DNA from: Candidatus Eremiobacteria bacterium | GTDB lineage: Bacteria > Vulcanimicrobiota > Vulcanimicrobiia > Vulcanimicrobiales > Vulcanimicrobiaceae | Direction of reading: 5' to 3' | Assembly (NCBI GenBank): GCA_963758295.1 | Contig: CAVWUU010000004.1 | Coordinates: 96,001-160,000, forward strand | DNA length: 64,000 nt | In this document: positions 1 through 12,287 of the stretch, one piece after another | Layout of the letters: each line of letters begins with the position of its first letter | How positions within the stretch are numbered: the stretch's first letter is position 1 | The notes under the pieces: generated by a model | Told to the model about the DNA's origin: nothing | The model's database searches: none | Seen by the model: only the letters and a program-made list of their open reading frames with translations | Program-made: the position numbers and the translations under genes

Positions 1-567
1 CCCGAAACCGAGCACGTGATCGATGACCTCCGCGCCTGCGCCGATGGCAAACGCACTACCGCGCATCTCGACGTCGGAACGGGCAGCGGCGCGATCGCCG
101 TTACAATCGCCGCCGAGTTGAAAAATGCACGCGTCGACGCAGTCGATATTTCGAACGAGGCGCTCAATGTCGCGCGGCGCAATGCAAAGGCGTTGGGCAT
201 TGCGGATCGCGTGGCGTTCTTCGAGGGCGATCTCATCCAGCCGGTGCGAGACCGGCATTACGATGCGATCGTCGCCAATTTGCCGTACGTGCCGACGGCA
301 GACATTGCGCCGCACCCTGACCCGGTCAGTTTCGAACCTGCGCTAGCGCTCGACGGCGGGCCGGATGGTCTTGATCTGTACAGGCGCCTGCTCGCAACGG
401 TCCCGGCGATGCTGCTTCCGGGCGGCGTTTTGTACCTCGAAGCGGCTCCGCCGATCGTGGACGGTTTGGTGGCTTTCGCTCGCGCAGCGTTCCCGAACGG
501 CGAGGTCACGGTCGGTAAGGATTACGGCGACCGGGAGCGCTTCGTCAAGGTGCAAACACCGGGCTAG
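1..567 (+). CDS. prmC: Release-factor glutamine N5-methyltransferase (5' truncated by window edge)
   Basis: Frame is open from base 1 (PETEH). SAM motif LDVGTGSGAI, NLPY motif and ALDGGPDGL. Confidence 0.9.
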   Translation, partial: PETEHVIDDLRACADGKRTTAHLDVGTGSGAIAVTIAAELKNARVDAVDISNEALNVARRNAKALGIADRVAFFEGDLIQPVRDRHYDAIVANLPYVPTADIAPHPDPVSFEPALALDGGPDGLDLYRRLLATVPAMLLPGGVLYLEAAPPIVDGLVAFARAAFPNGEVTVGKDYGDRERFVKVQTPG

Positions 568-575
568 CGGAATAA

Positions 576-2231
<1,656 letters not shown>

Positions 2232-2250
<19 letters not shown>

Positions 2251-2982
2251 CGGCCGTCATCCTAACGCGGGATGAAGAGCGGAATCTTCCGCGTGCGATG
2301 ACGAGCCTTCCACATGGAATGCCCGTATTGGTCGTGGACGCGGAGTCGCAGGACGGCACGGTGGCATATGCCCGCGGCGCCGGTGCGCGCGTAATAGAAC
2401 GTCCGTGGGCCGGCTTCGTCGACGCGCGCCGGTTCGCGCTCGCACAAGTCCAAACGCCGTGGCTGCTGCTTATCGATGCGGATGAAGCCCTCGACGACGT
2501 TCTTTGCAGAGCCATCGTCAGTGCTCCTGAAAGTCCGGCGGGATATCATCGTCCGGCGCACGACCTACTTTCGTGGGAAACCGGTACGGATGTGGCGCAA
2601 CGAGCCGTTGCTTCGTCTGGTGCGATCCGGCACCGCTCATATCGAGGCGCGTCCCGCAACCGGCGGCGATGCGGCATTGCACGAGCGTCTGCTTTGCGAT
2701 GGCCCCGTGGGTGAGCTCAACGGCACGCTCTTGCATTATTCGTATCCGGATCGCGCATCATACCAGCGGAAATTCAAGCTCTACACGTCGATCGAAGCCG
2801 CCGGAAGCAATCGCAACCCGTTACGCGCCGTAAGGGAAACGCTGCTCGGGCCGGTTCGCTTCGCTCGGAATTTGCTGCGACGCGGTGCATTGCTCGACGG
2901 GCCGCGCGGCTGGTACGTGGCGTGGTATTCCGCGTGGTATCCCGCGGTTGTGGCGTGGAAGTCCGGAAACATACGAAAGTAA
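2232..2982 (+). CDS. Family 2 glycosyltransferase (frameshift near 2540)
   Basis: ITAVILTRDEE, VVDAES.DGT and IDADE motifs in ORF 2232; continues with LLHYSY in ORF 2476-2982. Confidence 0.8.
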
Positions 2983-2990
2983 AATCGGTA

Positions 2991-4007
2991 GTGAAACGCA
3001 TTGGGCTCGACGCGCGCTGCGGAAAGCGCATTTCCGTCGGTATGGCTACGTATATCCGCGAAGTCGCTTCGCGCCTACCGGAAGTCGCGCCGGAGTTCGA
3101 TTACAAGCTGTACACGCACGGACAGAACTTAGGTGTCGCCGAGCAAGTCTTGATGCCGCTGGAAATGTGGCGCGACCGGATCGCGCTCGCGCACTTCATG
3201 GCGCACTACGTCCCGGCGTTTGCCAAAGGCACGTTCGTCTTTACGATCCACGATCTGATTCATCTTCGCTTCAGGGAATTTTTCCGCGCCTACATCGGAC
3301 CGTACTACCTATCGGTCGTGAAACGCGCGTGTCGCAAGGCTGCGCGCATCATTACGTCCGACCGGCGCACGATCGCCGATCTGGTGCACTACTTCGAAGT
3401 CGATCCGGCGAAGGTCGTCGTCATCCCGCTCGCGCCTCGCGCGCGTTTCTTCGAACGGGCGCAGCCCTTCGCCAACGAGCGGCCGTACCTGCTCAACGTG
3501 GGCAACCACCGAAACCACAAGGATATCCCCACGTTATTGCGTGCCTGGTCTTCGTTACCCGAGCGCTACGAGGTCGACTTGTTTCTCACCGGCCCGGACG
3601 ATTTTGACGGCGAACTGCAGCGGCTGTCGACCAGCCGGCGCCGCGTCGCAGCATTGGGCGACGTCAGCGACGACGAGCTCGCACGCTACTATGCCGGCGC
3701 GCAGGCGCTCGTGCATCCGGCTTTGCTCGAAGGCTTTGGCCTGCCGTTCGTTGAGGCTATGGCTTCGGGGTGTCCAGTCATCGCAACAACCGAGTCGATC
3801 CCCGAAGTGGTGGAACCGGTGAGCCTGCATTTTGCTCCGGGGGACGACGAGCAAGCGCGGGCACAGATACAACGTTTGCTCGACGACGAGGCTTTACGTG
3901 CCGACCTCATCGAACGAGGGAATGCAGCGGTAAGGACTCTTTCTTGGGAACGAACCGCTCGTGAAACGGCTGAAGTGTACCGAGACGTGTTGAGGGAGGC
4001 ACGATGA
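2991..4007 (+). CDS. Family 4 (GT-B) glycosyltransferase
   Basis: TIHDL and EGFGLPFVEAMASGCPV motifs. Probable GTG start at 2991. Confidence 0.9.
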   Translation: MKRIGLDARCGKRISVGMATYIREVASRLPEVAPEFDYKLYTHGQNLGVAEQVLMPLEMWRDRIALAHFMAHYVPAFAKGTFVFTIHDLIHLRFREFFRAYIGPYYLSVVKRACRKAARIITSDRRTIADLVHYFEVDPAKVVVIPLAPRARFFERAQPFANERPYLLNVGNHRNHKDIPTLLRAWSSLPERYEVDLFLTGPDDFDGELQRLSTSRRRVAALGDVSDDELARYYAGAQALVHPALLEGFGLPFVEAMASGCPVIATTESIPEVVEPVSLHFAPGDDEQARAQIQRLLDDEALRADLIERGNAAVRTLSWERTARETAEVYRDVLREAR

Positions 4008-5509
4008 GGCGCGCAATCGCGACGATTGGTTTGATGGCCATGCTCTTAGGCGTTGCGCCGGCGAAGCGGCCGCCCGCGCCGATCTCCATCGTCATCAACG
4101 GCGACGTGTTGCCGCTGCAGCCTCCTGCGCGCTTTGAGAAGGGACACTTGTTCGTGCCGGTGCGGCGCACGATCGAAGCCCTCGGCTTGGATTTCGACAA
4201 GCGCGGCAAAGTGATTACGACGCAGGTGGGCTCGCGCACCGTAACGCTGACGATCGGCAGCCGTATCGCCGCGATCGACGGTAGCCAGCTGCTGCTCGAC
4301 GCGCCCCCGCTGGAAATCAAAGACGTGCTTTATGCGCCGCTGAGATTTTTTACCGACGTCCTGGGCGCAAATGCCACTTTCGATCGAAAGAACAATGCCG
4401 TGAACATCGTCGCCCAGCTGATGGGGCGTTCCGGCTCGGGCACCGTGACCGACGGCAAGAACGTGCAGCGATTCGGCACGGTCAGCGCGATCGATATCGA
4501 TTCAGATCCCCCGACGATGACGCTCACGTACAATGCGGCCGTGCGCACGATCCCGATTTCGCCCAACGCGCAGATCGAAATGCACGATGTGAACGCCAAT
4601 GTCACCGTTCCCGGCGAACTGGGCGACGTGCGTCCGGGCGACTTCGCGCGCATCTACATGCGGAAGAACGGCCGCGTGGATCGCGTCGAGGATGCGTACG
4701 GATCTTTTCTCGGAAGCATCGCCGCGGCGACATCGGATCAATTCGTGCTCGACGACGGCCACGTGATTACGCCTTCGCGCACGAGCGTCATCTCGTTGAA
4801 CGGCAAGCCCGCGGCGCTCTCGGATCTGCAGGTAAACGACCGCGTCACGGTCCGCTACAACGTCGAAACAAACGAAGTTCGTGAAGTGCTCGTGAGCCGC
4901 GACGTGGCGCAAACTTCCGGTGCGACGGCCGGTCCGGCAATCGCCGGCGTCGACCTCGACGCAAACCGCCCGCTGCGCGCCGGGGATTCGTTTAACGTCA
5001 CGTTGCGCGGAACGCCGCACGGCGCGGCGAGCTTCGACGTGGGGCCGTACGTAACGAATCAAGCGATGTCGGAACGCACGCCGGGCGTGTATGCCGGCAG
5101 CTACGCGATTCCGCACGGCGCCAATTTTTCCGACGTGCCCGTCATTGGCCATCTACGCGTTGGATCGTACAATGCACCCGACATTGAGGCAACGCACACC
5201 ATTTCGGCGTCGAGCACGCCGCCGGGCATCTCCGACTTCGCGCCCGATTCCGGCGCTACCGTGAATACTTCACATCCGGCAATCTACGCCACCTTTTCGT
5301 CCGACGCCGTACCGGTGAACCCATCTAGCATTATCCTCTGGGTCGATGGGCGCGACGTAACGGCAGATTGCGTTCGCACCCCCCAGTTCGTGCAGTACAT
5401 GCCTTCCTACGCGTACCGCAACGGCAACGTGAAGGTGGTCGTGCGCGTGTCGGATCGCGCCGGCAATACGACCACGAAATCGTGGAACTTCTCGATTCGG
5501 GCTCGTTAG
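4004..5509 (+). CDS. Secreted protein with copper-amine-oxidase N-terminal (stalk) domain, OB-like repeats and Ig-like C-terminus
   Basis: Signal peptide; LFVPVR and LYAPLRFF stalk-domain motifs. Confidence 0.75.
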   Translation: MRRAIATIGLMAMLLGVAPAKRPPAPISIVINGDVLPLQPPARFEKGHLFVPVRRTIEALGLDFDKRGKVITTQVGSRTVTLTIGSRIAAIDGSQLLLDAPPLEIKDVLYAPLRFFTDVLGANATFDRKNNAVNIVAQLMGRSGSGTVTDGKNVQRFGTVSAIDIDSDPPTMTLTYNAAVRTIPISPNAQIEMHDVNANVTVPGELGDVRPGDFARIYMRKNGRVDRVEDAYGSFLGSIAAATSDQFVLDDGHVITPSRTSVISLNGKPAALSDLQVNDRVTVRYNVETNEVREVLVSRDVAQTSGATAGPAIAGVDLDANRPLRAGDSFNVTLRGTPHGAASFDVGPYVTNQAMSERTPGVYAGSYAIPHGANFSDVPVIGHLRVGSYNAPDIEATHTISASSTPPGISDFAPDSGATVNTSHPAIYATFSSDAVPVNPSSIILWVDGRDVTADCVRTPQFVQYMPSYAYRNGNVKVVVRVSDRAGNTTTKSWNFSIRAR

Positions 5510-5521
5510 AGAGGAATCGTT

Positions 5522-5860
5522 ATGGATTGCATCTTTTGCAAAATTGCCGCCGGCGAAATTCCCGCAACGTTCGTTTCTAAAGACGATGACGTCATCGCGG
5601 TTGCCGACGTAAGCCCGCAGGCGCCGACGCACGTTCTCGTTATGCCGGTCGAGCATCATTCGAACATCGGTGAACTTACCGACGCGAAGAACGCCGCGCT
5701 CACCGCCAAACTTTTCGAGGTTGCTTCACGCATCGGTCGTGAGAACGGCCCGAACGGCTATCGCCTGGTCACGAACACCGGCCCGGAAGCCGGTCAATCC
5801 GTCGGCCATCTCCACATCCATGTCTTAGCCGGCCGCCCCATGTCTTGGCCACCCGGATAA
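5522..5860 (+). CDS. HIT (histidine triad) family nucleotide-binding protein
   Basis: DCIFCKI N-terminus and HLHIH triad. Confidence 0.93.
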   Translation: MDCIFCKIAAGEIPATFVSKDDDVIAVADVSPQAPTHVLVMPVEHHSNIGELTDAKNAALTAKLFEVASRIGRENGPNGYRLVTNTGPEAGQSVGHLHIHVLAGRPMSWPPG

Positions 5861-5868
5861 TTGCTCTC

Positions 5869-5889
5869 GTCATCGTGAGCTTGTCGAAG
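5869..5889. repeat. REP-like short intergenic repeat, copy 1
   Basis: GTCATCGTGAGCTTGTCGAAG is 20/21 identical to 19943-19963. Confidence 0.55.
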
Positions 5890-5971
5890 AGCAGGCGAAT
5901 ACTATCGACACCGTCAGGTCATTACGCCGTGTTGCTATGCGTCCGCACGTCGATAAGCCCGGTGTAATGGA

Positions 5972-6499
5972 ATGAAGCTCTACACGATCGGGCACGGCAC
6001 CGCACCGATCGACGACTTTATCGCGTGGCTGAAGAAATTCGAAATCGAAGCGCTTGTTGACGTTCGCAGGTATGCGGGCAGCCGGCGCAACCCGCAATAT
6101 GCTATCGAGGCACTAGAGCAGTCATTGCATGAAGCCGGGATCGCGTATCGCAACGACGTAGAACTCGGGGGAAGAAGAAAGCCCAGTCGGGACTCGGACA
6201 ACACCGGATTGCGCAACGAGGCATTTCGCGCATACGCCGACTATATGCAGACGCAAGAGTTTCGCGCCGCGTTCGACGGTCTTCTGAAAGAAGCGTCGGA
6301 GCGCAAGACGATCATCATGTGCTCGGAGACCGTGTGGTGGCGATGCCACCGGCGACTTATCTCGGACGCGACGGTCTTGCTCGCGGATCGTGCGGTCGAG
6401 CATATCATTGCGGGAACCGGCAAGCCGCACATCCTGACCGAAGGCGTCCGCCGCGAAGGCAGTCGTCTGCGTTATGGCGTCGGCCCCCTAAGCGTTTGA
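5972..6499 (+). CDS. DUF488 family protein
   Basis: LYTIGH, LVDVR, LGGRR and MCSE..WWRCHRRLISD motifs. Confidence 0.88.
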   Translation: MKLYTIGHGTAPIDDFIAWLKKFEIEALVDVRRYAGSRRNPQYAIEALEQSLHEAGIAYRNDVELGGRRKPSRDSDNTGLRNEAFRAYADYMQTQEFRAAFDGLLKEASERKTIIMCSETVWWRCHRRLISDATVLLADRAVEHIIAGTGKPHILTEGVRREGSRLRYGVGPLSV

Positions 6500-6524
6500 C
6501 GGGACCCTAGGCCTGTGCTAAAGT
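6496..6524 (+). promoter_or_regulatory. Sigma70-type promoter for the rpsU operon
   Basis: TTGACG-N17-TAAAGT, preceded by TG (extended -10). Confidence 0.6.
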
Positions 6525-6614
6525 ACGGCAGTCACGGTTCCAGACGGCCCGTGTCTAAATTATTATGCCGCGAGCCGGATAGGCCGCGCGCGAAAGGGGG
6601 GTCGAAAAAAACTA

Positions 6615-6785
6615 ATGGAAGTTCGCGTAGCACCTGGAGAGTCAATCGAAAGCGCGTTGCGACGTTTCAAGAAGGCCACCCAAAAGGCGGGTATCCTCGC
6701 CGAAGCGCGTAAGCACGAGCACTACGAGAAGCCGAGCGTCCGCCGCAAGAAGAAGTCGGCAGCCGCGCGTAAACGCCGGGCCTAG
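6615..6785 (+). CDS. rpsU: 30S ribosomal protein S21 (not in the ORF track)
   Basis: Manual translation [56 protein letters not shown]. Confidence 0.96.
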   Translation: MEVRVAPGESIESALRRFKKATQKAGILAEARKHEHYEKPSVRRKKKSAAARKRRA

Positions 6786-6793
6786 GAGTCGCC

Positions 6794-7237
6794 ATGGGGA
6801 GTCTTAAGGACCGCATCGCCTCCGATCTGAAAGAGGCGATGAAGGCGCGCGACCAGTTGCGTCTCGATACGCTGCGCTCCGCACTCTCGGGCTTCACCTA
6901 TAAGAGGACGGAAGCCGGTGCGGATCTGAGCGATCAAGACGAGCTGGCGGTCGTTCAAAAGCTCGTAAAACAGCGGAACGACTCGCTCGCCGAGTTCGAC
7001 AAAGCCGGGCGGAAAGATCTCGCCGACAAAGAGCGCGCAGAGCGCGACATCTTGGCGACGTATCTTCCGGCACAAAAGTCGCCGGACGAGGTGCGGGCGA
7101 CGATCAAAGAGATTATCGCCGGCATTCCGGCCGAGAACCGGAACCAAGGCGCGGTGATGAAAGTCGCCATGCCGCAGTTCAAGGGGATCGCCGACGGCAA
7201 CTTGGTTCGCCAAATCGTCACGGAAGAGCTTGGGTAA
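6794..7237 (+). CDS. yqeY: GatB/YqeY domain protein
   Basis: LKEAMKARD, KQRNDS..EF..AGR.DL and G.ADG motifs; directly follows rpsU. Confidence 0.92.
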   Translation: MGSLKDRIASDLKEAMKARDQLRLDTLRSALSGFTYKRTEAGADLSDQDELAVVQKLVKQRNDSLAEFDKAGRKDLADKERAERDILATYLPAQKSPDEVRATIKEIIAGIPAENRNQGAVMKVAMPQFKGIADGNLVRQIVTEELG

Positions 7238-7254
7238 AACCCGGGCTCTTTTTT
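7225..7254 (+). terminator. Rho-independent terminator
   Basis: AGAGCTTGGGT/ACCCGGGCTCT stem followed by a T-run. Confidence 0.65.
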
Positions 7255-7291
7255 CATGCAACCTTTATCGAACGTGCGGGTAGCAACCGGC

Positions 7292-8601
7292 ATGAAGCGT
7301 CTGCGCCTCGGAATCATTATCGGGCTATTGATCTGCGGATGCTTGGGTTTCGCGTCCCAGGTCTTCGCCGCGGATCCTCCCATCGTGGTCGTTCCCATTC
7401 ACGGAACGGTCGATGACGGCATGGCCCACCTGGTCGAGCGCGCGGTCGATGAGGCCAACCACAACGGCGCTCGTGCGATCGTCCTCGACGTGAACAGTCC
7501 GGGCGGCCTCGTCGAAGCAGGATTCCGCATTCGCGATGCGCTCTTCGCTTCGAAGGTCCCCGTCATTGCGTATGTGAGCGAGCGCGCGTATTCCGCCGCA
7601 GCGCTCATTACGCTTTCGGCAAACACGATCGTTATGGGCCCGGGGGCGTCGATTGGTGCGGCCGAACCGATTCCCGGAACGCCGAAGACAATTTCTGCGC
7701 TGCGCGCGGAGTTTGAATCGACGGCGCAACGCAATCATCGCGATTCCACAATCGCCGGTGCGATGGTGGATAAGAACGTCGATGCGCCGCAATTCAAGCG
7801 AACAGGTTCCATTCTGACGTTGAATACTGCCGATGCGATTCGCGCCAAAATCGCTGACGGAACCGCATCTGTCGCTCGACGGCGCGCTGCAGAGTCAGCA
7901 TTTGGCGAGTGCGCCGAAAGTTACTGAAGATTACACGTGGGGCGAAGAGCTCGCGCGCTTTGCGACGAGCCCGGAGATCAGCGGCCTGCTCCTGACGCTC
8001 GGCATGCTCGGGCTAATGATCGAAATGCAGACGCTGCACGGCATCGCCGGCACGATCGGCGTTGCGGCGCTCGCGCTGTTCTTCGGCACGCACGTTTACG
8101 CGGGATTCTCCAACGGCGTCGTCATCGCGCTCGCGGTCGTGGGCCTTCTCGGAATCCTGTGGGAGTTGCACGTCGTTCCGGGGCATGGTGCGCCGGGTAT
8201 TTTGGGCGGATTAGCGCTGCTTGCGGCCGTGCTCTTAGCGTTCGGCTTGCCGTTCTTTTTCATCGCGATCGAAACGATTTCGACGTCGCTCATCGTCACC
8301 GTCGTGCTTTTCGCTCTGGCCACCCGCGCGTTCCCCGAGAACGCCTGGATGAAGCGATTGGTCCTGGTCGCCGAGCAGGGTCCCGATTATGTCACGAGCT
8401 CCGACTTCTCGTCGTTGCTCGGCTCGACTCGGAACGGCAGGTTCGCTGTTGCGTCCGGCGGGCGTTGCGCTCATCGATGGAAAACGAGTCGACGTCCTGA
8501 CCCAGGGCGAATTTATTGCGGCCGGAACCCCGGTCCGTGTTACCCGCGTGGAAGGCGCGCGCATCTTCGTAGAGCCGGTCAATCTCCCGAGCTACAAATA
8601 G
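7292..8601 (+). CDS. NfeD/YqeZ family membrane serine-protease-like protein (frameshifts near 7865 and 8430)
   Basis: ClpP-like domain (NSPGG, AYSAAA, IGAAEP), TM block, and C-terminal OB domain (LRPAG, G.RVDV) spread across three ORFs. Confidence 0.85.
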
Positions 8602-8623
8602 CCCGGTGCTGTAAAGGAGTTGT

Positions 8624-9628
8624 ATGGTTGCAGTCGGCGTGGCGGTCATCTTTTTCGTCGCCGTCATATTGTTTTTCTCGTTCCTCTATTATTTTCCGAT
8701 CGGCCTATGGATTAGAACGGTCGCGGCGGGCGTACCGCTCGGCATCATTTCGCTCGTTCGTATGCGCCTGATAGGCATTCCGCCGGGCGTCATCGTCACG
8801 AACTACGTACGCGCTCGGAAGGCGGGTTTGAACTTCACCGTCGATCAGATGCAATCGCACTATCTCGCCGGCGGTAATGTCGAAAACGTAACGCTGGCTA
8901 TGATCGCCGCACAACGCGCACAGATTCCGCTAGAATGGCAGCGCGCCGCCGCTATCGATCTGGCGGGAAGAAACGTCGTCGAAGCGCTGCAGACCTCGGT
9001 GAATCCGAAAGTGATCGAGACGCCCACCTTTCAAGGTGTTGCGCAAAACGGCATTCAGTTGAACGTCAAAGCACGCGTGACGGTGCGCAGTAATCTCGAC
9101 CGCTACGTCGGCGGCGCCGGCGAACAGACGATTATCGCGCGCGTGGGCGAAGGCGTCGTAGCCGCGGTCGGTGCTGCGATCGACCACAAAGAAGTGCTCG
9201 AATATCCCGATCGCATTTCCAAACAAGTGCTGTCGAAGGGCCTCGATGCGGGCACGGCCTTTGAAATCGTCTCCATCGATATCGCGGACGTTGATGTCGG
9301 CAAGAACATCGGCGCCGAATTGCAGACGAGCCAGGCGGAAGCGGATCGCCGCATCGCGCAAGCAAAAGCGTCGGAGCGACAGTACGCAGCCATGGCCTCG
9401 GAACAAGAGCAAAAAGCCGAGACGCAAGCGATGCGCGCGAAAGTCGTGGAAGCCGAAGCAACGATTCCGCTGGCGATTGCGGAGGCGTTTAAGAGCGGCA
9501 ATCTCGGCGTAATGGATTACTATCGCTTGAAGAACATTCAGGCGGACACGGGCATGCGGGATGCGATCGGCGGAACCGCCGAGAGCACACCGCCCGACGC
9601 CAACCAGCCGCCGCAGCCTGGACGATAA
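8624..9628 (+). CDS. floA: Flotillin-like protein FloA (YqfA)
   Basis: [37 protein letters not shown] and MDYY motifs. Confidence 0.93.
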   Translation: MVAVGVAVIFFVAVILFFSFLYYFPIGLWIRTVAAGVPLGIISLVRMRLIGIPPGVIVTNYVRARKAGLNFTVDQMQSHYLAGGNVENVTLAMIAAQRAQIPLEWQRAAAIDLAGRNVVEALQTSVNPKVIETPTFQGVAQNGIQLNVKARVTVRSNLDRYVGGAGEQTIIARVGEGVVAAVGAAIDHKEVLEYPDRISKQVLSKGLDAGTAFEIVSIDIADVDVGKNIGAELQTSQAEADRRIAQAKASERQYAAMASEQEQKAETQAMRAKVVEAEATIPLAIAEAFKSGNLGVMDYYRLKNIQADTGMRDAIGGTAESTPPDANQPPQPGR

Positions 9629-10159
9629 ATGCACGACGTCGGGACGCTGGTCTGGGTCGTCATCGTCGTCGCGGGCGTGATCTCGAGCATCGTCAAAAAC
9701 GCTCAAAAGGCGAGGCAAGCAACGACGAAGCTGCAGCAACGGCAAGGGGCCAAATTCGCACCTCAACCGGCACAGGCACCCGTAATGCCTGCGCCGGCGG
9801 TCTTGACGCCGTCGTCCGCTTCCGTGCCGCGGGCGGCCCGCATGCTGTTCGAGCCGCCGCCGGGACCGGTCGCTGCGGTCGCGACCCCGCTCGTCGCTCC
9901 GCCACCGCCCGTAGTCCCGCGCGTCGCACGTCGCGAGCCCTTGGCGGGAGCGGTTATGCCGCCTATTGTTGCGCCCGAACTGCCCCACGAAATTATGCCC
10001 GGCATTCGAAGGGCTCGTTCAAGTGGTTTGTTGGGTGGTATCTTCGAAGATAAGAAGAGCATCCTGAGGGCGATGGTCGCGGCCGAAGTCCTCGGGAAAC
10101 CGAAAGCCTTGCAGGAGCAATCAATCTGGAGTCCACGGCACAACGAACCGTCGATCTAA
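9629..10159 (+). CDS. Membrane-anchored Pro-rich protein (YqfB-position)
   Basis: N-terminal TM helix, Pro-rich linker, C-terminal AEVLGKPKAL motif; follows floA. Confidence 0.7.
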   Translation: MHDVGTLVWVVIVVAGVISSIVKNAQKARQATTKLQQRQGAKFAPQPAQAPVMPAPAVLTPSSASVPRAARMLFEPPPGPVAAVATPLVAPPPPVVPRVARREPLAGAVMPPIVAPELPHEIMPGIRRARSSGLLGGIFEDKKSILRAMVAAEVLGKPKALQEQSIWSPRHNEPSI

Positions 10160-11088
10160 GCGACCTCTCCGACCCCGTCCGCCTGTTCGGACAATTCGAT
10201 CAGAACCTCTCCGCACTCGAAGAACGCCTCGGCGTAAGCGTGCGCGCCGACGGCCAGCAGTTGCTGCTCGCAGGCCCCGCGTCCGACGTCGAACGCGCGG
10301 AACACGCGGTGCGGCGCATGCTTCATGCCGCAGTCGACGGCGCGCAGATTACGCCGGACGACGTTGCTCTTGCCATTCACGATACGCGCGAGGAGCCGGG
10401 CGGAAAAGCGTTGCCCGGCACGTTGATTCGCACGCATCGCGGCAAAGAAGTTCGGCCGAAAACGCCGGGACAGCGCGCGTTCGTCCGTTCGATCGAAGAG
10501 AACACGCTGACGATTGGAATCGGTCCGGCGGGCACCGGAAAAACGTTCCTCGCCGTTGTCATGGCGGTGCGCGCGTTGAAGAATCGCGAAGTTTCGCGAC
10601 TGGTTCTTTCGCGGCCGGCCGTTGAAGCGGGCGAAAAACTCGGCTTCTTACCCGGCGATCTTCGAGAAAAAGTCGATCCGTATTTGCGGCCGCTCTACGA
10701 TTCGCTCGAAGAGTTGCTCGACGCAGCCGTCGTCGCAAAGTATCTGGAACGCGGAACGATCGAAGTCGCGCCCCTGGCCTACATGCGCGGGCGCACGTTG
10801 TCCGATGCGTTCGTCATTCTCGACGAAGCGCAGAACGCGACGTCCGATCAGTTGAAGATGTTTCTCACTCGCCTTGGCAGCGGCTCCAAGATGGTCGTGA
10901 ACGGCGACATCACGCAAATCGACCTTCCCGGCGGCGCACGAAGCGGATTACTCGATGCTTCCCGTCGATTGGAAAAAGTCGACGACATCGGCGCGATTCG
11001 CCTAAACGAAACCGACGTGGTTCGCCATCCGTTGGTTTCGCAAATCATCCGGCGTAGCGAGGCTTATGCCGATACACTATCGCAATGA
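10126..11088 (+). CDS. phoH: PhoH family ATPase (probable CTG start)
   Basis: GPAGTGKT, RPAVEAGEKLGFLPG, YMRGRTL and DEAQN motifs. The N-terminal LFGQFD segment lies upstream of the ORF-track start. Confidence 0.92.
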   Translation: MESTAQRTVDLSDLSDPVRLFGQFDQNLSALEERLGVSVRADGQQLLLAGPASDVERAEHAVRRMLHAAVDGAQITPDDVALAIHDTREEPGGKALPGTLIRTHRGKEVRPKTPGQRAFVRSIEENTLTIGIGPAGTGKTFLAVVMAVRALKNREVSRLVLSRPAVEAGEKLGFLPGDLREKVDPYLRPLYDSLEELLDAAVVAKYLERGTIEVAPLAYMRGRTLSDAFVILDEAQNATSDQLKMFLTRLGSGSKMVVNGDITQIDLPGGARSGLLDASRRLEKVDDIGAIRLNETDVVRHPLVSQIIRRSEAYADTLSQ

Positions 11089-11525
11089 TGTTCGCGGCAG
11101 CGGCGTCGACGCGCGGGCGCTCAAGCGCACGATGCAATCGCTGCTCGCCGCCGTCGATGAAGACGGCTCGTCGATCTCGGTGACGCTCGTAAACGATTCC
11201 GCGATCCAACGCATAAACGGCGAGCATCGCGGCAAGGACAAGCCGACCGACGTGCTGTCTTTCCCGATGTTTGATGAATCGCTCGGCCGACCCCGAGATT
11301 GACGAACGGCTTCTCGGTGACATTGTGATTTCGATCGACACGGCCCGCCGTCAAGCCGCCGACTACGACGCGCCGCTGCAAAACGAGATCTACCGCCTAT
11401 TGATTCACGGCCTGTTGCACGTGATGGGTCACGACCATATGGAATCCGACGAGCGCGCCGAGATGGAATCCGAAGAACGGCGCCTGGCCGCCGCCATCGG
11501 CATGCCGTGGCCGTATGAAGACTAG
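11066..11525 (+). CDS. ybeY: rRNA maturation endoribonuclease YbeY (frameshift near 11290)
   Basis: PTDVLSFP in the first ORF; LGDIVIS and HGLLHVMGHDH in the second. Confidence 0.92.
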
Positions 11526-12226
11526 AGTTTGGCGCTCGTTCAACCACGCGTTCGAAGGCATCATGTATGCGGCCCGGACGCAGCCCAACATGCGATCGCA
11601 TCTGTTGATTGCACTGTTGGTGATTTTGGCGGCGTTGCTGCTCCGGCTCGACCGCTACTACGTCGTCGCTTTAATCATCATCATCGCCGTCGGTGCTGAG
11701 CTTGGAGCTGTTGAACACCGCGGTCGAAGCGATTGTCGATCTCCTCACCGTTACGCACCATCCGCTTGCCAAGACGGCGAAAGACGCTTCGGCCGGGGCA
11801 GTCCTCGTCTCGTCGATCGCCGCGGTTGTCGTAGGCTACCTGGTGTTCTACCAGGGAATCATCAACGGCGGCCAACGAGTCTTCGAGGCGGTCCAGGCCG
11901 TGCCGAGCAACGTCGCCTTCGTCGTCCTCGCGGCCGTCGCGATTCTGACCATCTTTGCGAAGGCGTGGGTCGGGCGCGGGTCCGCGCTTCAAGGCGGCGC
12001 GATTTCCGGCCACGCGGCGCTCGCCTTTGCAGCCGCGACCATGCTTTCATTCTTCTATCAGAAGCCTTTGGCGGCCATCCTCGCCTACTTCGTGGCGTTC
12101 CTGGTGGCCCAGAGCCGGGTCGAGGCCAGAATTCACTCCGTACGGGAGGTCGTCTCCGGGGGAGTCTTGGGAACGGTCGTTGCCTTGGCCATTTATCTCT
12201 TGGTCCGGCCTCACGTTGTGCTATAA
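11515..12226 (+). CDS. dgkA: Diacylglycerol/undecaprenol kinase fused to a PAP2-like domain (frameshift near 11690)
   Basis: SFNHAFEGI, ELLNTAVEAIVDL, AKDASAGAV, then SGH and SRV...IH motifs. Confidence 0.85.
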
Positions 12227-12236
12227 TGGCGCCGAT

Positions 12237-12287
12237 TTGAATACCGACCCATATCGAAGTCCCCGGCCGGGTCCGGCGGCCGAATAA
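12237..12287 (+). other. Candidate 16-aa uORF MNTDPYRSPRPGPAAE, or the frameshifted N-terminus of the next gene
   Basis: TTG start lies 9 nt after an extended -10 (TGTGCTATAAT); its TAA overlaps the next ATG (TAATG). Confidence 0.4.

Noticed and set aside
8930..9988. Long antisense or alternative-frame ORFs (for example 8930-9988, 27877-28920, 44817-45935, 37098-37922)
   Set aside because: They are shadow ORFs expected in high-GC DNA, lying opposite well-supported genes or rnpB.
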